DNA from: a virus
Lineage: Duplodnaviria; Heunggongvirae; Uroviricota; Caudoviricetes
Length of the DNA stretch: 32,625 nucleotides
Direction: 5' to 3' (one strand)
Virus record (IMG/VR): IMGVR_UViG_3300037156_000269
Coordinates: 1 to 32,625 of that record
The notes under the pieces were generated by a model. That model worked only from the letters and a program-made list of their open reading frames with translations, was not told where the DNA came from and did not search any database. The position numbers and the translations under genes are program-made. Positions 25,820 through 32,625 of this stretch are shown here, piece by piece (the stretch's first letter is position 1; the number at the start of each line of letters is the position of its first letter).

Positions 25820-28800
25820 ATGGCATATTCGCAATATTTCCAAAAAGCTTCTCAGTTGATGGCAGCTGCGTCTGTAACGGACACGTCGCTGCCAACTTTT
25901 GGTGGTATCACAGGCCTTGTTGCGAATGCGAACGGATCTCTCACAGCCACTTGGGCCCCGGCCACCGGTACGAAACCGAACTTTAGATATCGCGTCTACA
26001 TCAGCACATCAAACGCGCCTGCGACTTTGTTTGCTCTTACCAGTGTGCCGTACGTAAGCAGGAGCTCAAGCTCGCCGACAAGTATAGATATTTGGGAAGA
26101 TGGTACTGGTGCTGTCCTTCAAAATGGTGTCACGTATTATGTCGGCATTCGCGCGATTGATGCGCAGTCTTTTTTCGATACGAATACAGCCTCTCTATCG
26201 GCCGTAAGTCTTGGGGTTCCGGCGACAAGCACCAACAACTTGCTCAATCAACTCATTGCCACTGTGGGTACTCCTGCAGGCGCCTCAGTATCGGCAGACA
26301 TCGCGCAGGTTGAAGCCAATGCAGTGAGTCTCGTCAATGGCCTTGATATTCTTTTCGAAGTTCCAGACTTCGAAATTCCGGTTACTGGAACTAAAGACAT
26401 TCCTATTTTAATCCGCTTCGCAAAAAAGGGCGGCTCCGCAGCCGTTGATATGGACAGCAGCACTGTCAATATCAACATTGTGAATGCAGCTGCCGGGAGC
26501 GTCGTTGCCTCAACCCCAATGACCAGACTCAACACTGGCGTCTATCGCTATGATTTGAATATCTCATCTTCGTTCACGCCCCAGATGTTAATCGTGGCCT
26601 TTACATTCAATTATCTGACCGTGTCGTTCACTCGCAGTCAGGTTGTCGAGGCGCTCTCGATATATCAAGGAATCGCAACTATCGAAGCTACTCTCGGCAC
26701 ACCGGCAGGCCCGTCGATGTCTGCGGACATTGCATCTGTAAAATCTGACACAAGCGGACTTCGTACTGATTACACGACCATCCGAGCCGGTAAGCTCGAC
26801 AATTTAGATGCGACCGTCTCTTCTCGTGCGACTCAGACATCCGTCAACACTGTACAGTCTTCTGTAAACGCAATCCCAACAACACCGCAGCTAGCATCTG
26901 TTGCTTTAACTCAATACAACACTCTAACATCTGCGATAAGCTCGGTGCAGAACAACACCAATTTTTCAGGTGTCATTCCGCAGATTATGGATCAGCAGAC
27001 TGGTGCTGGGACTAAGACCTACACTTTCTATGCGAATGTCTTTAACACCTCCGGAGCTCCAGCAAACCCAGATTCGACCATACTAAACTACACAGTGAAG
27101 GATAGCTCTGGAACAACACTGAAGGCTCAAGCAGCCATGACAAATACTGGAGTCGGGGCTTTCACCGGAACCTTCACCGTCACTTCAGCGATGGCCGAAA
27201 CCGATGTTGTTGTGTTCTTTAACTACTCTGTCTCAGCGGTTGCGTTCCAACAGGTAAGAACTTCTAAGATCGAGTCGATCGCCACAGACAGCGCGAACAT
27301 CGCAGCTATCTTGTCCTTCACTCAAAATCTTCCGGCGGATCCTGCATCAAATACGGTGGTTAACACGCGAGCTTCGCAGACTTCCCTCAACACCCTTGAA
27401 GCTACGGTCGGAACTCCAGCTGGAGCAAGCGTCTCTGCGGATATCGCCGCAGTTAAGTCAGACACTGGCGGTTTACGCACAGACTACACGACTGCGCGTG
27501 CAAGCAAACTTGATAACCTAGACGCGGCGATGTCTTCTCGATCGAGCCAGACTTCGCTCAACTCTCTACAAGCTTCTGTCAACGCAGTGCAGAGTGGCGT
27601 CAACATCACAATCAGCCAAACATCCGACAGCGCTATAGCAGATGCTGTTTGGGACGAGCCGCTCTCACCGCACAACACAGCAGGAAGCGCCGGTGCCACC
27701 CTTAGTGGTGTCTCGGCCCAGTCTTCGCCCACAGCTATTGCTGCGGCTGTTTGGAGCGCGACTCTCGCAAGCTTCTTATCTGTCGGAACTACGGGCAGAG
27801 CGCTGAATGATGCGGCCTACTCCGGAACGGGGCTCACTCCGATCGACTATCAAAATATTGCGGACTACATTTGGGATGAATCAATATCTGGCCACACAAA
27901 TCCGAATACTTTCGGTGAGCGAAACAACACGCTGATCACTCAAGGCAATGCTAATAACTTGGCAAATCTCGATGTTGCCGTTAGCACGCGGGCGCCGTCA
28001 GCAACAGCGGTCTCAAGCAACGATCTTACAGTTCCGCGCATCGCTAAATTGGACTACCTTGACGTAGCGGTCTCCTCGCGTGCTGGCGTGTCGGACCTGG
28101 CTCCGATCATTGCCCAAACGAACCTTATCCCTGCGTTCCCGGCCACCCAGGCCGCTGTACTTAATATCCCGACAAATCCGCTTCTAGTGACCGACGGCCG
28201 ATTGACGGCCCTCGATGCTACGATTTCAAGTCGTGCAACTCCGGCCAACCTCACGCCGCTCGCGACAACCGCAGATCTTGCTGGATTTGAGGCGGAGGTC
28301 GCGATTGCGATCTACAACGTACAGGTTTCCGCAGACGAAGCTGCGCGACCTTCGGACATCACTTCAGCTGTTGCGCCTCTTGCAACAGGTGCAGAAGTCG
28401 CCGCAGTTCAGGACACGCTCAATACTCTCGCAGGAGAAGTTGTGACCCCTGCCGATGTGTGGTCATTCGGAACTCGAGGCTTAACAGAGCCTGTTGACAC
28501 AACAGACGATCTTACGCCGCTTGCAAAAACCACAGACGTTACGGCCGCACGTGACGCGGTCATCGCGAACCTCACTCAATGGACTCCGAAGTTGGTTGTC
28601 GCAATTAATCCATCAACTGATGAGATGACCCTTCTCTCGTGGCTCGAGCTCAATGGGCAAGTGTCCATGCTGGCTAGCTCCTCGTCAGTGAACGTTTACG
28701 ACAACACCGGTACGCTTGTGATGGCCGTCGGTCCTGATGACATGGCGTTCGCAAACGGTATCTTCAGCTTCGCTCGCGCCAATGCAAGCACTGTACTTCA

Positions 28801-28885
28801 CGCAAATAACGCCTATACTTGCACAGTTGATATTACGATCGGTGTAACCACATACGCGGGCGTTGTGCCCATTACGGTGTTCTGA
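25820..28885 (+). CDS. Long fibre protein: Fn3-like N-terminal domain, Ig-like domains and coiled repeats
   Basis: Fn3-like 'LTATWAPAT...YRVY...LQNGVTYYVGIRAID'. Repeats GTPAG.S.SADIA x3, L..LD...S.R x5 and 'A..(V/I)W' x4. Confidence 0.7.
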   Translation: MAYSQYFQKASQLMAAASVTDTSLPTFGGITGLVANANGSLTATWAPATGTKPNFRYRVYISTSNAPATLFALTSVPYVSRSSSSPTSIDIWEDGTGAVLQNGVTYYVGIRAIDAQSFFDTNTASLSAVSLGVPATSTNNLLNQLIATVGTPAGASVSADIAQVEANAVSLVNGLDILFEVPDFEIPVTGTKDIPILIRFAKKGGSAAVDMDSSTVNINIVNAAAGSVVASTPMTRLNTGVYRYDLNISSSFTPQMLIVAFTFNYLTVSFTRSQVVEALSIYQGIATIEATLGTPAGPSMSADIASVKSDTSGLRTDYTTIRAGKLDNLDATVSSRATQTSVNTVQSSVNAIPTTPQLASVALTQYNTLTSAISSVQNNTNFSGVIPQIMDQQTGAGTKTYTFYANVFNTSGAPANPDSTILNYTVKDSSGTTLKAQAAMTNTGVGAFTGTFTVTSAMAETDVVVFFNYSVSAVAFQQVRTSKIESIATDSANIAAILSFTQNLPADPASNTVVNTRASQTSLNTLEATVGTPAGASVSADIAAVKSDTGGLRTDYTTARASKLDNLDAAMSSRSSQTSLNSLQASVNAVQSGVNITISQTSDSAIADAVWDEPLSPHNTAGSAGATLSGVSAQSSPTAIAAAVWSATLASFLSVGTTGRALNDAAYSGTGLTPIDYQNIADYIWDESISGHTNPNTFGERNNTLITQGNANNLANLDVAVSTRAPSATAVSSNDLTVPRIAKLDYLDVAVSSRAGVSDLAPIIAQTNLIPAFPATQAAVLNIPTNPLLVTDGRLTALDATISSRATPANLTPLATTADLAGFEAEVAIAIYNVQVSADEAARPSDITSAVAPLATGAEVAAVQDTLNTLAGEVVTPADVWSFGTRGLTEPVDTTDDLTPLAKTTDVTAARDAVIANLTQWTPKLVVAINPSTDEMTLLSWLELNGQVSMLASSSSVNVYDNTGTLVMAVGPDDMAFANGIFSFARANASTVLHANNAYTCTVDITIGVTTYAGVVPITVF
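26261..27590 (+). repeat. Internal protein repeats of the 1021-aa fibre
   Basis: T.GTPAG.S.SADIA at about 26261, 26690 and 27404. The last two extend as VKSDT.GLRTDYTT.RA.KLDNLDA..SSR..QTS.N..Q.SVNA. Confidence 0.85.
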
Positions 28886-29115
28886 TGGCAGGCTTAAGAG
28901 TTTTCTCAGGCGGGGCGTGTATCGTTCTTGGTGGAGGCGGGTCTCCGGGCCCGATTTTCCCACCCGTACCGAATCCCGTAACAACGGACCAAAGTGCCAC
29001 GGAGCGCGCTCTCGGGCTTCCGCAGATCTTTCACATGACCGTCGCGTACCAGGGAATTTTGAAGTTAACAATGGGAGTCCCAGCAAATGAACTCGACCAA
29101 GAGCCCCTTCCTTAA
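28885..29115 (+). CDS. Small hypothetical protein
   Basis: TGATG overlap with the previous gene. 76 aa. Confidence 0.55.
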   Translation: MAGLRVFSGGACIVLGGGGSPGPIFPPVPNPVTTDQSATERALGLPQIFHMTVAYQGILKLTMGVPANELDQEPLP

Positions 29116-29257
29116 AGGCTTTGAGAAAACTGCCGGCCTTCCGAAGTGGCTTCACGAGATCGGCGAGTCCAAAGCTAAAATCAAAGGCCATAGCAAAAAA
29201 GGCCTCAAGGCTATGATGAGCCGTCGCGGCGTTATTGCCGGAGGGCTTTGCGGATGA
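29087..29257 (+). CDS. 56-aa basic protein with FLKGFEKTA motif (absent from the ORF track)
   Basis: GGAG (29074-29077) then ATG 29087. Product MNSTKSPFLKGFEKTAGLPKWLHEIGESKAKIKGHSKKGLKAMMSRRGVIAGGLCG. The stop forms an ATGA overlap with the next gene. Confidence 0.75.
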   Translation: MNSTKSPFLKGFEKTAGLPKWLHEIGESKAKIKGHSKKGLKAMMSRRGVIAGGLCG

Positions 29258-30084
29258 TCACGATAGGTTGGGATGCGTTTACAGACGCCACAGCAACATC
29301 GTTTAACGTGTACCGGTCCCTACCGGGCATTACGATTGCGTTCCCCAATACGCTCACTATCGGAGATGTTTTTACCTTTTCGGCCACATCCGTCGATATT
29401 CAGAACATCACATTCACCGCGGTCGACATCGACAGCGTCGTCTCTCAGTTTAACGCGAACGCTCTCGGGGCTTATGCGGTTAAAGACGCCGGCGGCACAA
29501 ACATTCTCATCCGCACAACAGCTACCACAAAAGCCAAGCTCAAGCTTTATGCGTGCACTTTTCTGACCCATATCGGACAAGCCCCACGAACCGTCGTACC
29601 GGCGCTCGAGTGGGCCCTTATCGGCAGTGTTGCTTTTCTTACAAATACTTACAGCTACACTTTCACCGATAGCGACGGCATTGAGCTGGACTCCTACAAA
29701 ATCACTTCTGTCGTGTCCTCGATCGAGTCTCTGCCGTCTCTTATCCAGCGCCCTCAGGTAGGTGCCGGCCTCCTTTGCGCAATCGAGGGAAGGGTCTGTG
29801 ACAGCCAGAATAGGGCAGTCGTAGGACTTGTCATCCGAGCCGAGCCCCGGATCCCAGAAACCTCATCAGACGGACACGGTATCGACTACCACAGAAGCCA
29901 GGTCTGCACTGACGGCTTTGGGCGCTTTTCACTCTATTTGCCAAGGAACGAGACCTATCTTCTCCAAATACCAGATATCGGGTACAATGAGACGATCTGT
30001 GTCCCTGACCTGCCATCGGCCGGGTTCCTAGATGTGATACCGACTTTAGCAGGTAGATTCTCGCCATTTGGAGATCCGCAATGA
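29254..30084 (+). CDS. Virion structural protein; C-terminal domain paralogous to 19297-19923
   Basis: Start at ATG 29254 (GGAGG RBS, ATGA overlap). 'CAIEGRV...TDGFGRFSLYLPRN...ICVPD'. Confidence 0.7.
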   Translation: MITIGWDAFTDATATSFNVYRSLPGITIAFPNTLTIGDVFTFSATSVDIQNITFTAVDIDSVVSQFNANALGAYAVKDAGGTNILIRTTATTKAKLKLYACTFLTHIGQAPRTVVPALEWALIGSVAFLTNTYSYTFTDSDGIELDSYKITSVVSSIESLPSLIQRPQVGAGLLCAIEGRVCDSQNRAVVGLVIRAEPRIPETSSDGHGIDYHRSQVCTDGFGRFSLYLPRNETYLLQIPDIGYNETICVPDLPSAGFLDVIPTLAGRFSPFGDPQ

Positions 30085-31964
30085 GTGGTCAGGATACACA
30101 AGTCGATCCAAGTCAGCGAATGGGCGATCCGCGAGCAAAGTCGCGGTATCCGTCGCCGTTCTTTGATATATCGCAGCAGTATATCCCGCCCACGATCAAA
30201 GAACTCTTCAAGTGGGTTTACTTCTACGCAACTAACAACTCATTTCTAGGCCCAGCTCTAGGGAAGATTGCACGCTATCCGATCACGGATTTAATTCTCG
30301 AAGATGTGAACGAAAAGCTGGTCGAGTATTGGAAAGTTCTCCTCAACAACACCATGCAGATCAAAGCCTTCAACATGGAGTCCAACCTTGATTTGGTCAC
30401 CTACGGGAACTGTTTCGTTACAATCAGCTACCCGTTCTCACGCTTCCTCGAGTGTGCTGCCTGTAAAACGCGCACCCCATGGAAGGCGGCTAAGAAGAAA
30501 ATTGATAACTTAACTTTTAAGTTATCTTGCCCGAAATGTGGTGCGAACGAAAAAGCGAAAATCATCGATGTTCCGTTTAAGTCGGTCGAGAACCTTCGCC
30601 TCATTCGCATTAATCCAGAGTACATCGACATCAAGTACAACGAGGCCTCGGGCAAACACACCTACCTCTACGCGATCCCAGATAAACTGCGTCGCATGAT
30701 CATGGCCGGCGACCCGGATATCCTCGAAGATACCCCAATGATTTACATCGACGCCATCAAACAGCGTCGTAAAATCAGACTGTCTCCGCAGAACTTGTTT
30801 CATTTGAAAACTCCAACCCTCGCCGGAAAAGACATGGGCTGGGGGATGCCGCGCATTGCCGTGGCTCTCAAAGATCTTTACTACTTCTACACTCTCCGTC
30901 GCGGGCAAGAAGCCATTATCAACGAGCACATTGTGCCCTTTGACGTTATCTTCCCCCAAGCCAACGGAAAGATGGACCCCTACGTCCACACCGATCTCAC
31001 AAGCTGGCGCGAAGAGATCAACAAGCAACTGGCCTCACGGCGCAGAGACCCGAACTACAAAGCCGTCCTCCCATTCCCGATCGGACATGAGCGTATTGGC
31101 GGTGATGGCAAGTCAATGATGCTCACCCCTGAGCTTGATTTCCTCTCAAAAACCATCGTAGGCGCCTGCGGGATACCGCAGGAGTTCATCTACGGCGGCA
31201 CCATGAACTGGACTGCGTCGAGCGTGTCGCTCCGCACTTTAGAGAACGATTTCCTTCACCACCGCACGCAACTCTTGCAGATGAATATCTGGCTCGTTGA
31301 ACGCTTGCGTTTGTACCTAGGAATGCCGGCACCAAAGACCATTCGCTTTAGCGACTTCAAGATGGCCGACGACATTCAGAAACTCCAGGTCATGGTCGGT
31401 ATGGCTGCGGAAAAGAAAATGCCATATGACGAGATCTATCTTGAAATGGGTCGCGACCCGAAAGTCATCCAGCGTAAACTTGAAGACGAAGCGAATCTCG
31501 ACGCCAAAATCATGGAGATCACAGTTCTTCGTCAGGCCGAGGCACAGGCAAAAGCTCAAGCACTCACTCAGCGCTTTGCCGCAAGTGCCGCAGCCGATGC
31601 TGCGAATCCAATTGGTCTCGGAGACGACGTTACCGAAACAGGACCGGGAGCCACACCAGAACAGCAAAAAACCATTGCCGTCTGGGCGCGGAAACTCATG
31701 GGGCAGCCGCCAGAACAAGTCGCCGCAGCACTCGATCGCCTCGAGCAACAAGATCCAGACTTCGCGCACGCACTCAAAGACGCAATTCTCACTCTACAAC
31801 AAGGTAACGGCCAGGTGCCGGATCCAGTAGCACCCGAAGCTCCGGAGAAGAAAAAACCAGCAGCTAAAAAGGCCGCTACCGGTAAAGCGCCTAATGTAAA
31901 CGTGAACGTCAACATGAAACCTCTACCAGAGCAGCGCGCGCCTCGCCGTAAAGGAGCTGTGTAA
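30081..31964 (+). CDS. Phage portal protein with zinc-ribbon insertion
   Basis: Portal-like motifs in the expected order: 'IARYPI', 'DLVTYGNCFV', 'LIRINPEYI', 'LFHLK....GWGMPRI', 'IVGACGIPQEFI'. CxxC...CxxC insert and a low-complexity C-terminal tail. Confidence 0.75.
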   Translation: MSGQDTQVDPSQRMGDPRAKSRYPSPFFDISQQYIPPTIKELFKWVYFYATNNSFLGPALGKIARYPITDLILEDVNEKLVEYWKVLLNNTMQIKAFNMESNLDLVTYGNCFVTISYPFSRFLECAACKTRTPWKAAKKKIDNLTFKLSCPKCGANEKAKIIDVPFKSVENLRLIRINPEYIDIKYNEASGKHTYLYAIPDKLRRMIMAGDPDILEDTPMIYIDAIKQRRKIRLSPQNLFHLKTPTLAGKDMGWGMPRIAVALKDLYYFYTLRRGQEAIINEHIVPFDVIFPQANGKMDPYVHTDLTSWREEINKQLASRRRDPNYKAVLPFPIGHERIGGDGKSMMLTPELDFLSKTIVGACGIPQEFIYGGTMNWTASSVSLRTLENDFLHHRTQLLQMNIWLVERLRLYLGMPAPKTIRFSDFKMADDIQKLQVMVGMAAEKKMPYDEIYLEMGRDPKVIQRKLEDEANLDAKIMEITVLRQAEAQAKAQALTQRFAASAAADAANPIGLGDDVTETGPGATPEQQKTIAVWARKLMGQPPEQVAAALDRLEQQDPDFAHALKDAILTLQQGNGQVPDPVAPEAPEKKKPAAKKAATGKAPNVNVNVNMKPLPEQRAPRRKGAV

Positions 31965-32317
31965 TGTCACGTAGCTTTCTGAGCACCGGAATGGATGAGG
32001 CCGCTCACTTTGAAAAGAGCCCCGTAGCTGAGGGATTTGTTGCCGGCCTTAAAGCAGCGCTCCTCGGAGCGCCCGTTGGCGCAGCCGTTCAAGCTCTTCG
32101 CGGTAAAGACGCGCTCACCGGCGCTCTACTTGGAGCTGTAATTCCAGGACTTCTCGCCGGACTTGCCAAAGGCGGCACGCGAAAACTTGAGAACTTAAGC
32201 ACCGAAGCAGACCTCCGCTACCACGCGCAAAATATCAAAGATCGTGAACCCATGTTCTTCATGCCTCCACGCCAACAGCTCGGCCGATATTTCAGCCGGC
32301 GTTATGACGGGAGCTGA
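31964..32317 (+). CDS. Small glycine-zipper-like hydrophobic protein
   Basis: TAATG overlap, AAGGAG RBS. Hydrophobic stretch AALLGAPVGAAV...GALLGAVIPGLLAG. Confidence 0.7.
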   Translation: MSRSFLSTGMDEAAHFEKSPVAEGFVAGLKAALLGAPVGAAVQALRGKDALTGALLGAVIPGLLAGLAKGGTRKLENLSTEADLRYHAQNIKDREPMFFMPPRQQLGRYFSRRYDGS

Positions 32318-32320
32318 GTC

Positions 32321-32533
32321 ATGTTGATTCAAAAAGCTAAAGTCGAAAGCCGAGTTTTTAACTTAGATGATGTGGGCGACAACAACGCTTACAACGACGT
32401 TCTCGATAACCCGGCTGTGCGCGTCCTCGAGAAGAAATGGATCAAGCACACGGAAGTCGAGCAGTCCGGAAAAGACCGGACTGAGGTCACCGAGAACCAT
32501 ATTTATTTGGAGTGGGAAACATGTTCACTTTAG
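32321..32533 (+). CDS. Small hypothetical protein
   Basis: GGGAG RBS. 70 aa, fits the operon packing. Confidence 0.65.
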   Translation: MLIQKAKVESRVFNLDDVGDNNAYNDVLDNPAVRVLEKKWIKHTEVEQSGKDRTEVTENHIYLEWETCSL

Positions 32534-32625
32534 GGTTTGAAAAGATTGCTATACGCAGAAGCACAGCCCAAAGGGCTTGGAAAAAAGCTGGTAAATTAGG
32601 TGGCAAGCTTTACGCAAAGGCTAAA
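32521..32625 (+). CDS. 3'-truncated basic protein beginning MFTLGFEKIA (absent from the ORF track)
   Basis: GGAG-TGGGAAAC-ATG 32521, open to the window end: MFTLGFEKIAIRRSTAQRAWKKAGKLGGKLYAKAK…. Confidence 0.65.
   Translation, partial: MFTLGFEKIAIRRSTAQRAWKKAGKLGGKLYAKAK

Noticed and set aside
8327-29253. ORF-track start codons at 8327, 9892, 16056, 17701, 18876, 18849, 19243, 20554 and 29248
   Set aside because: Downstream starts have better RBS spacing. They remove overlaps with terminators, promoters or neighbours, or place signal peptides at the N-terminus.
478-31915. The many short antisense and alternate-frame ORFs in the track (e.g. 921-1295, 21969-22439, 28685-29191, 30522-31028, 31317-31769)
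   Set aside because: They shadow long, well-supported + strand genes, and I saw no recognisable motifs in them.
1-32625. Stop-codon reassignment
   Set aside because: TAA, TAG and TGA all end genes at tight junctions with the next RBS/start, and coding density is already near complete.
1-32625. CRISPR array, tRNA or rRNA
   Set aside because: No regularly spaced identical repeats or cloverleaf were seen, and the intergenic gaps are short and otherwise explained.

Overview
The window is part of the virion-morphogenesis region of a large tailed dsDNA phage or prophage with a diderm (Gram-negative) host. Genes are tightly packed, mostly on the + strand, and read in the standard genetic code. Order: small basic proteins carrying a shared F-x-x-G-F-x-K-[TI]-A motif; baseplate-like and tail-fibre genes (618-8302); four tail-fibre-like genes (8333-16068); a lysis-like block (lipoprotein lysozyme-fold enzyme, multi-TM protein, overlapping lipoprotein, antisense TM+GAF-like gene); two structural-looking genes; an antisense moron; head-associated genes; a permuted NlpC/P60 enzyme; a second fibre cluster; and a portal protein with a zinc-ribbon insert. 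The main unexplained observation is that all four fibre genes at 8333-16068 begin with clear Sec signal peptides and carry mostly paired cysteines. The first of them shares its C-terminal domain with the adjacent non-secreted 1305-aa fibre. My hypothesis is a set of receptor-binding fibres that fold in the periplasm and either dock onto virions at or after lysis or are displayed on the host surface. All family assignments come from motif recognition by eye; no searches were run. I found no tRNA, rRNA, CRISPR array, integrase or reverse transcriptase.
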